From: Actinomycetota bacterium
GTDB taxonomy: Bacteria > Actinomycetota > Acidimicrobiia > Spongiisociales > ZC4RG35
DNA: 64,000 bases
NCBI GenBank assembly: GCA_046537785.1
Contig: JBKHKD010000015.1
Coordinates: 846-64,845, forward strand
Direction of reading: 5' to 3'
The notes beneath the pieces were generated by a model. It was given only the letters and a program-made list of their open reading frames with translations. It ran no database searches and was not told the DNA's origin. The position numbers and the translations under genes were made by a program. Below are positions 1 to 10,355 of the stretch, piece after piece. Position 1 is the stretch's first letter. The number at the start of each line of letters is the position of its first letter.

Positions 1-2
1 TC

Positions 3-566
3 GGTGGGACTCTCCTCTCCGAAGTCCCCAGCCTGGCCGCGTGGAGGAGAGTCTTTTCCGCCTTCGGAGTGAAGCCAACTCAGTACCGAAGCGCTGCGGA
101 GTCTCTGCTCCGGCGACTGACCAAGAAGGGAGACATCCCGTCGATAAACACTCTTGTCGACATCGCCAATCTGGTCAGCATCCGGTACGGGCTTCCGGTA
201 GCCGTCTTCGACCAGTCTCAGGTGTCGGGAGGCACGACCGTACGCTTCGCCGACGGGTCCGAGAGGTTCACCGACCTCGGGAGCAACGAGGTCTCCCACC
301 CCGAAACGGGTGAGGTGATCTTTGTCGACGAGGAAAACCTCGTCAGCGCCCGTCGCTGGTGCTGGCGCCAGAGCAGCCAGAGCGCCGCCGGGCCCGCGAC
401 GGTCGAAGCGTTGATCACCGTCGAAGGCCACCACAAAGGAGCCGAGGAGGACGTCGGGAGAGCGACCCGTGACCTGGTAGATCTTCTCGTGGTTCATCAG
501 CCTGGCCCGGCGGTGAGCCAGAGCGTCCTCTCGTCGGCCCGACCCCGGTTTGATTCCAGCTCTTGA
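3..566 (+). CDS. B3/B4 (PheRS beta-like, tRNA-editing) domain protein, 5' partial
   Basis: Frame is open from the window start (…SLAAWRRVFSAFGVKPTQYRSAAESLLRR…INTLVDIANLVS…RRWCWRQ), typical of standalone B3_4 proteins. Confidence 0.85.
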   Translation, partial: GGTLLSEVPSLAAWRRVFSAFGVKPTQYRSAAESLLRRLTKKGDIPSINTLVDIANLVSIRYGLPVAVFDQSQVSGGTTVRFADGSERFTDLGSNEVSHPETGEVIFVDEENLVSARRWCWRQSSQSAAGPATVEALITVEGHHKGAEEDVGRATRDLVDLLVVHQPGPAVSQSVLSSARPRFDSSS

Positions 567-619
567 TCGGATAAACGACTGGGGAATTGTCACCCCTGAG
601 CACTACCGTCATCCGACTG

Positions 620-1546
620 ATGACTGAGTCCCTCGTTCAGGCGCGCGGCTTGACCAAACGTTTCGGTGACTTCACTGCCGTCGACGCCATCGACTTCGAC
701 ATCCACAAAGGCGAGGCCTTCGGCTTCCTCGGGCCCAACGGAGCCGGCAAGACCTCGACCATGAAGATGATCACCACGGTGAGCCCGATAACCGAAGGCA
801 AGCTGTCCGTGTTCGGCATCGACCCCACTGTCGACGGCCGCTCCATCCGCCAGCGGATCGGTGTCGTGCCTCAGGAGGACAACCTCGACGTCGAGCTGAC
901 GGTGGCCGAGAATCTCTACATCTACGGGCGCTACCACGACATGAAGAAGTCGGAGATCAACCCCCGTATCGACGAGTTGCTGGACTTCGCCCAGCTCACC
1001 GAGCGCAGAGATTCCGAAGTCGAGCCGCTGTCCGGTGGCATGAAGCGACGGCTCACCATTGCCAGGGCCCTTATCAACGACCCCGACCTGATCATCCTCG
1101 ACGAGCCCACCACCGGTCTCGACCCCCAGGCCCGGCATCTGCTCTGGGACCGTCTCTACCGGCTCAAGCAGAGGGGGGCAACGCTCATCATCACCACCCA
1201 CTACATGGACGAAGCCGAACAGCTCTGCGACCGGCTCGTCGTCATGGATCAGGGCAAGATCGCCGCCGAGGGCTCCCCCCGGGAGCTCATCCAGCGCTAT
1301 GCGCCCAGGGAGGTGGTGGAGCTCAGGTTCGGTGAGGGCCAGAAGGAAGACGCGGTCCAGAAGATGGACGGTCTCGCCCAACGCTCCGAGATCCTCGCCG
1401 ACCGGGTCCTCCTTTATACCGACGACGCCGAAGCCACCCAGCACGGGCTGAGCGAGCGTGGCATCGACCCCGAGCAGGTACTCGTTCGACGTTCCACCCT
1501 CGAGGACGTGTTCCTCAGACTCACCGGCCGCGGTCTCATCGACTGA
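620..1546 (+). CDS. ABC transporter ATP-binding protein (NodI/DrrA-like)
   Basis: Walker A GPNGAGKTS, signature LSGGM, Walker B IILDEPT; ATG at 620. Confidence 0.95.
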   Translation: MTESLVQARGLTKRFGDFTAVDAIDFDIHKGEAFGFLGPNGAGKTSTMKMITTVSPITEGKLSVFGIDPTVDGRSIRQRIGVVPQEDNLDVELTVAENLYIYGRYHDMKKSEINPRIDELLDFAQLTERRDSEVEPLSGGMKRRLTIARALINDPDLIILDEPTTGLDPQARHLLWDRLYRLKQRGATLIITTHYMDEAEQLCDRLVVMDQGKIAAEGSPRELIQRYAPREVVELRFGEGQKEDAVQKMDGLAQRSEILADRVLLYTDDAEATQHGLSERGIDPEQVLVRRSTLEDVFLRLTGRGLID

Positions 1547-2337
1547 TGAGCGCCGGCACGCTGAACCGGGCTCTGCGCTACGCCGAGTCGGAAATCATCG
1601 CCTATCGCCGCACCTGGCGGGGGACGGTCATCACCTCCTTCGTCAACCCGGTGTTCTTTCTCGCCGCCATGGGAGCCGGACTGGGATCATTGGTCGACGA
1701 CGGAACCGGCCGGCAGCTCTCCATCCCCTATCTGGCCTTCGTGGCGAGCGGGCTCATGGCGGCCAACGCCATGCAGAACGGTGCCAGCGACGGCGCCTTT
1801 CCCGTGATGGCGGGTGTCCTGTGGCGGAAGAACTTCCACGGAACCATCACCACTCCGCTGGGCCCCGCGGACATCATCTGGGGACGGCTCATCTGGGGCG
1901 TCGGACGGCTTCTGTTCGTTCTCGTGGTCTTTATCGTCATCGCCGTCCTGTTCGGTGCTCTCGAGTTCGGGCCAGCCCTGACTGCCATCCCACCGGCAGT
2001 CCTCACCGGCATCGCTTTCACTACGGCGATAACCGCCTGGACGCTGACCCAGAAGGACGGTCGCAGTCTGTCGACACTGTTCCGGTTTATCATCGTCCCT
2101 CTGTTCCTGTTCTCGGGAACCTTCTTCCCGATAAGCCAGCTCCCCGACTGGATCGAGCCCGTGGCCTACGTCACACCCCTCTTCCACGGGGTCGAGTTGG
2201 TGCGCAAGATCGCCCTTCCCGGGGTCGAGGAGATCACCAGCATCCCCTTGTGGATCCACCTCGGCTATTTGCTCGTCATGGCCGCCGCTGGGGTCTACCT
2301 GTCAATCCGCTTCCTCGACAGGCGGATCAGGGAATGA
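1546..2337 (+). CDS. ABC-2 type permease (NodJ-like)
   Basis: Six hydrophobic segments, PLFLFSGTFFPI motif; TGATG coupling to the ATPase. Confidence 0.9.
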   Translation: MSAGTLNRALRYAESEIIAYRRTWRGTVITSFVNPVFFLAAMGAGLGSLVDDGTGRQLSIPYLAFVASGLMAANAMQNGASDGAFPVMAGVLWRKNFHGTITTPLGPADIIWGRLIWGVGRLLFVLVVFIVIAVLFGALEFGPALTAIPPAVLTGIAFTTAITAWTLTQKDGRSLSTLFRFIIVPLFLFSGTFFPISQLPDWIEPVAYVTPLFHGVELVRKIALPGVEEITSIPLWIHLGYLLVMAAAGVYLSIRFLDRRIRE

Positions 2338-3143
2338 GTGTCCAGGCACCGTCGCGTCTCACTCCGCTCGGCCGGGTGACCCCGTTCCGGGCTCAGCGGA
2401 TCTGGGAGAAGAACTACATCGCCTACCGGCGTCTCTGGAAGGTCGTCTTCAGCGGATTCTTCGAGCCGGTCTTCTATCTGTTCGCGGTGGGGATCGGCGT
2501 CGGCGCCCTGGTCGGAACGGTGACGTTGCCCGGGGGCGAGGTGGTCCCCTACGCGGCGTTCGTGGCCCCGGCCATGATGGCGGCCTCGGCGATGAACGGC
2601 GCCGTGATCGAGACCACGTTCAACATCTTCTTCAAGCTCCACTTCGGCAAGGTCTACGAGGGTGTGCTGACCACCCCGATGCAACCCATGGACATCGCGG
2701 TGGGCGAGATCGGCTGGGCGCTGCTGCGCGGCCTCCTCTACTCCACAGCCTTCATCGGAGTCATGTGGGGCATGGGCATGACCGAATCATGGCTGGCCAT
2801 CTTCGCCGTGCCCGCCGCCACCCTGATCGGGTTCGCCTTCGGAGCGGTCGGTCTGGCCGCGGCCACCTTCATGAAGTCGTGGCAGGACTTCGACCTGGTG
2901 ACCCTGGTGACCATGCCGTTGTTTCTCTTCTCAGGAACGCTCTACCCCCTGGATGTGTACCCACCCGTGCTGCAGACGATCGCCAAGGTCTCCCCGCTCT
3001 ACCACGGCACCGAGCTGTTACGAGCCTTCACCCTGGGGACGATCGACTGGACCATGCTCGGCCACGCCGGATTTCTGGTGATCATGGGCCTCATCGGAGC
3101 GAGCATTGCATCCCGCCGTCTCGACGGGATGCTGCGGAAGTAG
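2334..3143 (+). CDS. ABC-2 type permease (NodJ-like), second subunit
   Basis: MSVQAPS… start in ATGA overlap; PLFLFSGTLYPL motif; C-terminal part of ORF 1458..3143. Confidence 0.9.
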   Translation: MSVQAPSRLTPLGRVTPFRAQRIWEKNYIAYRRLWKVVFSGFFEPVFYLFAVGIGVGALVGTVTLPGGEVVPYAAFVAPAMMAASAMNGAVIETTFNIFFKLHFGKVYEGVLTTPMQPMDIAVGEIGWALLRGLLYSTAFIGVMWGMGMTESWLAIFAVPAATLIGFAFGAVGLAAATFMKSWQDFDLVTLVTMPLFLFSGTLYPLDVYPPVLQTIAKVSPLYHGTELLRAFTLGTIDWTMLGHAGFLVIMGLIGASIASRRLDGMLRK

Positions 3144-3154
3144 GGCTGGACGCC

Positions 3155-4511
3155 TTAACCAGACCGACATGCCGCCTCATCGGTGGGCTCGTAGATCACG
3201 GTCTCGCCCTCGAAGGTGACCTCGAGAGTGGGCTCCGGGCCCTCGTGGAGCAGTACCTCGACCACGACTGATTCGGCATCAGCCGCGGCTTCCAGCCAGG
3301 AGTCGGGGATCGGCTCGGCCGCCACCCATTCGAAGGAGTTGATCTCCCCGATATTCTCGAAGCGACAGGTCAGGTCGACGGTGTACTCCCACGGGAACCC
3401 GGTCTCGATGATGGTGCCCGAGCCGTCGGGCTGCCGCTCGGGTGGGTCGGGGTCGGGGCCCACCTGGTCGGGCGATGCGGTCGATCCGGGCTGACGCAGA
3501 TCGGCATCCACCTTGAGACGTTCCAAGGTCAGATCGGGGTCGAGCACGACGTAGAACGGAGACTCGGGCAGCACGGTCCGCTCCACAGCCACCACATAGG
3601 CGTGAGGATTGGCATCGTCGGTGCACGCCATGGCGTTGTCTGTGTTCACGATGACCGGGTAGATCGAGTCGCCATCGACCACCACGTCGTCCATCCGGAT
3701 GTTGGGACAACTGCTTCCGTAGACAGCCCCGAACCAGATGACGACCTCGTTCTCGAAGTCGACGTCCACGTCGACGTCCCGGGACAGACCGATGTCTGCG
3801 AAGAGGTCGTCCAAGCTCTCGGTGTCCCAGGCAATCCCGGTCTCATAGGGGAACCCGACACCTTTCTCCTCCAGAACCAGACGCCATCCGTCGCCCGCCT
3901 GTGGCTGTGGACCGGGGGGAACGACGTCTTCGGGCTCCAGACCGTCGACGCAGATCCGCTCACCGGCGAAGCGGTCAGCGACGGCCTCCAGGTTCTCCTC
4001 ACTGAGGACATCGATGTTGACCCATACATATCCCCGGAGTGAGTCGATCGACGAGCCCAGGACCTCCACCACGCCGTCGAGCTCATCCACGACGCGTTCC
4101 TGCAGATCGGCCAATTCGGACTCGGTCCAGTCGAGCTGCACGGCCACCACCCCATCGTCGGGAAACTCCCGCTTCGATCTCGGCCTGCCGCTCCGCCACG
4201 TCGTCGGTGAACCCTGCGGCGACCCAGCCGTTGTGCTCACGGTCGATCCAGATGTCGACAAAGTCGGGATACTGCGACGCCCACCGGCGAACCTCCTCGG
4301 TAGGCATCTCATTGCCGACGTACTTGGGGGTGTCCTTGTAGAGGGATGGATCGGCCGTGGGGAGCGACGTTTCGCCGCATCTCAACACCCCGTCGCTGGT
4401 CGCGGGTGTCGTGGACACTCCCGGTTCCGATGTCGACGATCCCGACGGATCCGCGATCCCACCGCCGCACGCGGTGACCAGGAGGCAGAGTCCCAGGGCG
4501 ATTCTCCTCAT
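3155..4511 (-). pseudogene. Acidic secreted lipoprotein split by a +1 frameshift at about 4168-4170 (pseudogene or sequencing error)
   Basis: Lipobox LLVTAC in ORF 4083..4511. Removing one G from GCGGGAG joins …AEIEA to EFPDDGVVAVQLDW… of ORF 3155..4312. Confidence 0.75.
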
Positions 4512-4554
4512 GCGACTTCGACGCTCCCGACCTGGCGTGTAGTTCCCGGCGAAA

Positions 4555-4560
4555 TATCAT
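4555..4560 (+). promoter_or_regulatory. -10 element of a probable leaderless dusB transcript
   Basis: TATCAT 7 nt before ATG 4568, no SD. Confidence 0.55.
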
Positions 4561-4567
4561 CTTTCCC

Positions 4568-5683
4568 ATGTCCCTCCACATCGGCCCGCTCCAGGTCGAC
4601 CCACCGGTGGTGCTCGCCCCGATGGCGGGGGTCACCAACGCCCCGTTTCGCCGGCTGTGCCGGGAGTTCGGGGCGGGGTTGTACGTCTCGGAGATGATCG
4701 GGGCCAGGGGTCTGGTCGAGGGCAACGAGAAGACCCTGGCCATGGCCGCATTCGACTCCGACGAAGTTCCCCGTTCGATCCAGCTCTACGGCACCGATCC
4801 CGCCTCTCTCGGCGAGGCCGTGGCTTATCTGGTCTCGCAGCGGGGAGTCGACCACATCGACATGAACTTCGGCTGTCCCATGGGCAAGGTCACCCGTCAC
4901 GGCGGTGGAGCGGCTCTCCCCTGGAAGCGCGACCTTTTCCGTTCCATCGTCCGTGCGGCAGTGACAAATGCCGGACATGTCCCGGTGACGGTCAAGTTTC
5001 GCAAGGGCATCGACGACGACTACCTCACCTACCTGGACACCGGCCTCATCGCCGAGGAGGAGGGTGCGGCCGCGGTGGCGTTGCACGCCCGGACGGCACG
5101 CCAGCTCTACTCGGGAGAGGCCGACTGGAGCGCCATCGGGCAACTGAAGGAAGCCGTCGGCTCGATCCCGGTGCTCGGCAACGGCGACATCTGGACCGCT
5201 GAAGACGCAGTGCGGATGATGGCGGCGACGGGCTGTGACGGAGTGGTTGTAGGACGCGGATGCCTGGGCCGTCCCTGGCTGTTCCGCGACCTCGCCGATG
5301 TGTTCGCGGGGAGGCGACCTCAAGACGCCCCGAGTCTCGGCGAGGTGGGCCGGATCATGATCCGCCACGCCCGGCTGCTCGAGGACCACTTCGGACATCC
5401 CTACGGGATCAAGCTCTTCCGCAAACACCCCTCCTGGTATCTGAAGGGATTCCCGGCGGGACCGGTCCTCCGGGACGCCTTCTCGAAAGTGTCTTCGGTC
5501 AACGAGATAGCCGACCTGGTTGGCAAGCTCGACCCCGATGTCCCCTTCCCCGAAGAGGCCCACCACATGGTCCGCGGCCACAGCCACGGCCCCCGCCCGG
5601 TCCGGCTCCCCCACGACTTCCTCAGCCACCGCCAAGGGGACCGTCTCGGCAGGGAGGCGGAGGCGGTCGTCAGCGGGGGTTGA
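4568..5683 (+). CDS. dusB: tRNA-dihydrouridine synthase DusB
   Basis: LAPMAGVTN, DMNFGCP, LHART, GNGDI, GRGCLGRPW motifs. Confidence 0.95.
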   Translation: MSLHIGPLQVDPPVVLAPMAGVTNAPFRRLCREFGAGLYVSEMIGARGLVEGNEKTLAMAAFDSDEVPRSIQLYGTDPASLGEAVAYLVSQRGVDHIDMNFGCPMGKVTRHGGGAALPWKRDLFRSIVRAAVTNAGHVPVTVKFRKGIDDDYLTYLDTGLIAEEEGAAAVALHARTARQLYSGEADWSAIGQLKEAVGSIPVLGNGDIWTAEDAVRMMAATGCDGVVVGRGCLGRPWLFRDLADVFAGRRPQDAPSLGEVGRIMIRHARLLEDHFGHPYGIKLFRKHPSWYLKGFPAGPVLRDAFSKVSSVNEIADLVGKLDPDVPFPEEAHHMVRGHSHGPRPVRLPHDFLSHRQGDRLGREAEAVVSGG

Positions 5684-5690
5684 GTCTCCG

Positions 5691-5807
5691 AACCTCAGGT
5701 AGTGGGACTCATATCCGGAACCCAGCGCCTCGAGAATGATGAAACCGAGCGCCTCGAATCTTTCTCGAGGCGCTCGGTTTCATATGTGAGCCGTACTACC
5801 TGAGGTT
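5691..5807. repeat. 117-bp palindromic intergenic element, copy 1 (MITE/REP-like)
   Basis: Ends AACCTCAGGTAGT…ACTACCTGAGGTT; 46-bp arms and 25-bp core; same-length homologue at 41039..41155. Confidence 0.85.
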
Positions 5808-6710
5808 TCAGGTTCCGCGTGACGCGTAACCCGCGACCGCCGTGAGGGTTAGATGGGCGAGGGTGTCGAGGGTTTGGTTGGCGAGGTCGGTGGTGGGGTC
5901 GACCTCGACGAAGTCCATTGCGGTCACCGCCGGATGGGCGGCGCACCGGGCGACCCCCTGGGCAAGCTGGCGCACGGTGAGGCCGCCCGGTCTGGCTCCC
6001 GGGCAGGCCGGGGCGAAGACGGCGTCGAGGGCATCCACGTCGACGTCCACATAGATCGAGTCGCACGACGTCGACAGCTGGCTCAAAGCCACGTCGACGG
6101 CTGACTTCATGCCGATCCGCTCCACCTGGTCGACGGTGACCGTGGTGATCCCTGCCTCATCGCAGTAGGCCCGGTAGTCCGCCGAGTTGGCGAACGAGTG
6201 GATGCCGATCTGGACGACATTGCCTCCAGGAAGACCGTGCTCCTCGATGAGTCCCCTGATCGGCGACCCGTTGTTGGGCCCTTGGTCCAGGACCCTGACA
6301 TCGTGATGAGCGTCGAACGTGATGAGCCCAACCTTGGAGAGATCGTCCGACTCGGCGGCCACCAGCGGGCGGGTGATGGCGTTGTCGCCACCGAGGTAGA
6401 GCTTCAGGCTCGCCTCCGGCAGGCCCTTGGCGAGACGTATCACCTCACCGACCAAGGGGATCGGATCCAGGTGGGACACCGCCCAGTTGCCCATGTCGCG
6501 TACGCTCACCGACTCGAAGTCGACCTCTAGCTCGGAGTGATAGGTGGAGTAGCGACCGAGCCGATCGCGGACCTCCAGTGGTGCGAGGTCGGCGCGAGAC
6601 GGCGTCAGGCTCGACCGTGACGAGGGCACGCCCACCACCACAACATCGGGCTGCGTCGCCTCGGTGGTCATCCAGACCCCGGCGGTGGGCCAGTGCGGGT
6701 CAGCCGTCAT
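5808..6710 (-). CDS. hutG: Formimidoylglutamase (arginase/agmatinase family)
   Basis: GGDN, FDAHHD and DVDALD metal motifs; overlaps the 3' end of hutU; start MTADPHW at 6710. Confidence 0.8.
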   Translation of the reverse strand: MTADPHWPTAGVWMTTEATQPDVVVVGVPSSRSSLTPSRADLAPLEVRDRLGRYSTYHSELEVDFESVSVRDMGNWAVSHLDPIPLVGEVIRLAKGLPEASLKLYLGGDNAITRPLVAAESDDLSKVGLITFDAHHDVRVLDQGPNNGSPIRGLIEEHGLPGGNVVQIGIHSFANSADYRAYCDEAGITTVTVDQVERIGMKSAVDVALSQLSTSCDSIYVDVDVDALDAVFAPACPGARPGGLTVRQLAQGVARCAAHPAVTAMDFVEVDPTTDLANQTLDTLAHLTLTAVAGYASRGT

Positions 6711-8367
6711 CGTCGAGCATGGGGATGTCGACTCCTCGTTCGCGCGCAACCCGACGGGCCTTCTCGTACCCGGCATCGGCGTGGCGCATCACTCCCGATC
6801 CGGGATCGTTGGTGAGAACCCGCTGCACCCGGAAGGCGGCTTCGTCGGTGCCGTCGGCAACCACCTGTGCCCCGGCATGGATCGAGTTCCCGATGCCGAC
6901 ACCGCCCCCATGGTGGACGGCCACCCAGGCCGCACCGGACGACACATTGAGCATCGCGTTGAGGATCGGCCAGTCGGCAACGGCATCGGACCCGTCGATC
7001 ATCGCCTCGGTCTCCCGGTAGGGAGACGCCACCGAACCGGAGTCGAGGTGGTCACGGCCGATGACGATCGGAGCGGAGACTTCTCCCGAGGCGACAAGCT
7101 CGTTGAAACGGAGCCCGGCAAGATGCCGCTCCCCGTAGGACAGCCAGCAGATACGGGCAGGTAGACCCTGGAAACGAACTCTCTCTGCCGCCATCCCCAG
7201 CCAGCGCTGGAGTGGCTCGTTGTCGGGGAACAGGTCGCTGAGGGCCCGGTCGGTTCGCTCGATGTCGGCAGGATCGCCACTCAAAGCGACCCACCGGAAC
7301 GGGCCCGATCCCTCGGCGAACAGGTCCCGGATGTACGCAGGGACGAATCCGGGATAGGCGAAGGCGTCGGGATAGCCGGCGGTCTGGGCCTCGCCCCGGA
7401 GGTTGTTCCCGTAGTCGAACACCTCGGCGCCGGCCGCCTGGAAGCCGACCATCGCCTCACATTGACGCGCCATCGACTCCCGGGCGGCCTTGATGTAGGT
7501 GTCGGGGTCGTCCTCCCGCAGCAAACCCGCCTCATCGAGGCTGTACCCGGCGGGAACGTAACCGTAGAGCGGGTCGTGTGCCGACGTCTGGTCGGTCACT
7601 ATGTCGACGTCCAATCCCATATCGAGAAGCTCCGGGAACACCTCGGCTGCATTGCCCAGGAGTCCGATCGAAAGGGCCTTCTTCGCCTCTTTGGCCGCGG
7701 TCGCCATCTCGATGGCGTCCTCGACGGATGCCGCCTCGACGTCGAGATAGCCCGTCTCCAACCTTCTCCTGATGTGGTCGCGGTTCACCTCGACACAGAT
7801 GGCGACGCCACCGTTCATGGTGATGGCCAGCGGCTGGGCCCCTCCCATGCCCCCGAGACCCCCGGTGAGGGTGATCGTGCCAGAGAGCGTCCCACCGAAC
7901 TTCTTCTCGGCGATGGCGGCAAAAGTCTGGAAGGTGCCCTGGAGGATCCCCTGAGTCCCAATGTAGATCCAGGAGCCAGCGGTCATCTGCCCATACATCA
8001 TCAGGCCCTTGGCTTCGAGCTCCCAGAAGTGGTCGAGCGTGGCCCAGCGGGGCACAAGAAGGCTGTTGGCGATGAGCACCCGGGGGGCCATCTCGTGGGT
8101 ATCGAAGACACCTACGGGCTTGCCCGACTGGACCAGCATTGTCTGATCGTTGTCGAGACGTTGCAGCGTGCGCACGATGGCATGCAGCGAGCCGATGTCA
8201 CGGGCCGCCTTACCCCTCCCCCCGTAGACCACAAGGTTCTCAGGGTCCTCGGCGACCTCGGGGTCGAGGTTGTTGAGGAGGCACCGGAGGGCACCCTCCT
8301 GGAGCCAGCCCCTAGTGTTGAGTTCGCTCCCGTGCGGAGCGTGCAGAGGAAAAGTCAGGTCGAGCAT
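6700..8367 (-). CDS. hutU: Urocanate hydratase
   Basis: [56 protein letters not shown]. Confidence 0.98.
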   Translation of the reverse strand: MLDLTFPLHAPHGSELNTRGWLQEGALRCLLNNLDPEVAEDPENLVVYGGRGKAARDIGSLHAIVRTLQRLDNDQTMLVQSGKPVGVFDTHEMAPRVLIANSLLVPRWATLDHFWELEAKGLMMYGQMTAGSWIYIGTQGILQGTFQTFAAIAEKKFGGTLSGTITLTGGLGGMGGAQPLAITMNGGVAICVEVNRDHIRRRLETGYLDVEAASVEDAIEMATAAKEAKKALSIGLLGNAAEVFPELLDMGLDVDIVTDQTSAHDPLYGYVPAGYSLDEAGLLREDDPDTYIKAARESMARQCEAMVGFQAAGAEVFDYGNNLRGEAQTAGYPDAFAYPGFVPAYIRDLFAEGSGPFRWVALSGDPADIERTDRALSDLFPDNEPLQRWLGMAAERVRFQGLPARICWLSYGERHLAGLRFNELVASGEVSAPIVIGRDHLDSGSVASPYRETEAMIDGSDAVADWPILNAMLNVSSGAAWVAVHHGGGVGIGNSIHAGAQVVADGTDEAAFRVQRVLTNDPGSGVMRHADAGYEKARRVARERGVDIPMLDDDG

Positions 8368-8410
8368 TTCGAAGTGAGCCTAGAAGGGTGCGCCCAACTC
8401 CGATGAGCCC

Positions 8411-8830
8411 TTAGAACTCGGTATTGGTCACGTTCTGGAGACGGACCTGGCCCTGGGCTACCAGACGACCGTCGGACTCCCGGGTGACATCGACCTGCCA
8501 GAGCTGTTGGGTCCTCCCCCTGTGGATCGGAGTGGCCTTGCCGACAATCACCCCGTCCGTGGTTGCCTTGAGGAAGTCGGTCTTGTTGGAGAGCCCCATG
8601 GCACCCGCCATTCCCTGGTCCATCGCCCACAAGGCGGCACCAGTCGACGCCAGTGTTTCAATGAAGGTGCAATAGACACCGCCATGCACCACCCCGTACG
8701 GCTGTTTGTGGTTCTCATTGATCTCGATCCGGCCCTCGCAATGGTCCACCGAGGCATCGGTCAGCTCGATGCCGGTGTGGGCTACGTACGTCGGGCCATC
8801 TTCGAATGGGTTCTCCATCAACTCCCGCAT
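8411..8830 (-). CDS. PaaI family thioesterase (hotdog fold)
   Basis: HKQPYGVVHGGVYCTFIET motif. Confidence 0.9.
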   Translation of the reverse strand: MRELMENPFEDGPTYVAHTGIELTDASVDHCEGRIEINENHKQPYGVVHGGVYCTFIETLASTGAALWAMDQGMAGAMGLSNKTDFLKATTDGVIVGKATPIHRGRTQQLWQVDVTRESDGRLVAQGQVRLQNVTNTEF

Positions 8831-9777
8831 CCTGTCTCGAGGGCCTTCACCGGGCCCAGGTCATCGTCTACGTACTCCCAAACGGCCACGTTGAAGCCCT
8901 CGAAGAAGGCCGAGTTGGTGATGATCTCCATCTTCTCGTCGCCGTTCAGATCGGCGACTCCCCCAATCGAGTGGGCCCCGGCGAACCGGTCTTCCTCGTC
9001 TAACACGACCGTGTCGCCGAGGACCGCGGTCTGCACCTCCCCCTCGATGACCTTCCGCAAAAAGGCTATGGAGTAATCGCCCTCCTCGAGTAGAAGGCCT
9101 GTCGTCACCTCTTCGGCGACGACGAGGACTTCGTTCACTCCGTCGCCTTCGAGATCGGTGCGGATCACCTGCTTGATGACCGGGCTGTCGACCTCGAGTC
9201 CTCTGCTTGCCAGCAGCTCGCGGGCAAAGCCTGCATAGGTGCCGTCGTCACCGGTCTCCTCGAACAGATGGGGCTGTAACGGCCAGGGGGCCGAGACGGC
9301 CAGACCGTACGGGCCGGGAAACTCACCGAGCAGCTCGGGCTCGGCGAGCTCCACGCCCACGAGCTCCAGGGGCTCGCAAACGGTGGTCTGCGGCCCGCCG
9401 GTGGTCCTGGCGACCTCATCGAGACGAACCACCTGGTAGTCCTCACCTCCGGATACCGGCAGGGTGCCCTCGGTTTCGGCGTCTACCCAACTTGACCCGT
9501 CCCACCATCCCAGGGCGCCAAAACCTGTGGTCACGAGTGGAGCCTCGGCCCAGTCGCCTTCGACCAGGTCGGTGGTCGTGGTGGTGGTCGGAGCCACAGA
9601 TGTCGTCGTAACAGACGTCGTCGTGGTGGTCGGCGGAGGCGTTGTCGTCGTCGTGGTGGGAGCCGGCGCGGTAGTGGTCGGGGCCGATGTCGTCGATGTC
9701 GTCGTGTCCCCGGTCTCTCCGGAGCACGCGACGACTACCAGCAATAAGGCGAGGGTGAGCTTGCGCATGGCGGTCAC
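8818..9777 (-). CDS. Lipoprotein with Thr/Pro-rich linker and FG-GAP/EF-hand-like Ca-binding motifs
   Basis: Lipobox VVVAC, poly-Thr linker, DLEGDGVNE and DLNGDEKME motifs. Confidence 0.75.
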   Translation of the reverse strand: MTAMRKLTLALLLVVVACSGETGDTTTSTTSAPTTTAPAPTTTTTTPPPTTTTTSVTTTSVAPTTTTTTDLVEGDWAEAPLVTTGFGALGWWDGSSWVDAETEGTLPVSGGEDYQVVRLDEVARTTGGPQTTVCEPLELVGVELAEPELLGEFPGPYGLAVSAPWPLQPHLFEETGDDGTYAGFARELLASRGLEVDSPVIKQVIRTDLEGDGVNEVLVVAEEVTTGLLLEEGDYSIAFLRKVIEGEVQTAVLGDTVVLDEEDRFAGAHSIGGVADLNGDEKMEIITNSAFFEGFNVAVWEYVDDDLGPVKALETGCGS

Positions 9778-10355
9778 AAGCTAACCCCGTAGAAGCGCTG
9801 AAGGTCGGCACCCACGCGCCTGAGTAGTCGCGGGAGCAGGTGTATCGGTAGGCCGATGACGGTGAAGGGACTTCCCTCGACCGACTTCACGAACACCCCG
9901 CCCCGCTCCTGCAACGCATAGGCGCCAGCCTTGTCCATCGGCTCTCCTGTCTCGACGTAGTCGGCGATCTCATCTTCGGTCATGGGCAGCATCGTCACCT
10001 TGGTCACATCGACGAGTGACTCGACCTCACCACCTCCGGAGACTGCGATACCAGTGAACACCTCGTGGACGTCGTCCTGGAGCCGGCGCAGCATCGCACG
10101 CGCCTCTTCGGGATGTGCGGGCTTGCCGAGGATGTGGCCTTCGTGGACGACAGCAGTATCCGCTGCGACCACGACTGCGTCAGGCTCGGAGACAGTCAGC
10201 GCCTTCTCCCGTGCCAGCCGCTCCACATACGTGCTCGCCGGCTCCTCGGGGCGATGGGTCTCATCGACATCCGCTGGTCGGGCTTCGAATTCGAGCGCGA
10301 GCTGCCGGAGCAGTTCGGCACGCCTGGGTGACGACGAGGCGAGGACCAGTCTCAT
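9774..10355 (-). CDS. maf: Maf family nucleoside triphosphate pyrophosphatase
   Basis: LASSSPRR, ADT, LGKP, DKAGAY, IGLP. Confidence 0.95.
   Translation of the reverse strand: MRLVLASSSPRRAELLRQLALEFEARPADVDETHRPEEPASTYVERLAREKALTVSEPDAVVVAADTAVVHEGHILGKPAHPEEARAMLRRLQDDVHEVFTGIAVSGGGEVESLVDVTKVTMLPMTEDEIADYVETGEPMDKAGAYALQERGGVFVKSVEGSPFTVIGLPIHLLPRLLRRVGADLQRFYGVSL

Noticed and set aside
1458-2333. Long N-terminal extensions of ORF-track calls (1458..3143, 10388..12835, 10352..12112, 41164..42606, 52434..53588)
   Set aside because: They overlap other real genes; true starts are downstream at coupled or leaderless positions.
587-3143. NodI/NodJ similarity suggesting nodulation genes
   Set aside because: Generic ABC-2 exporter family; no nodABC genes present.
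5691-5807. AAC…GTT ends resembling an integron attC site
   Set aside because: Flanks do not fit RYYYAAC/GTTRRRY, there is no cassette array and no integrase, and the neighbours are housekeeping genes.
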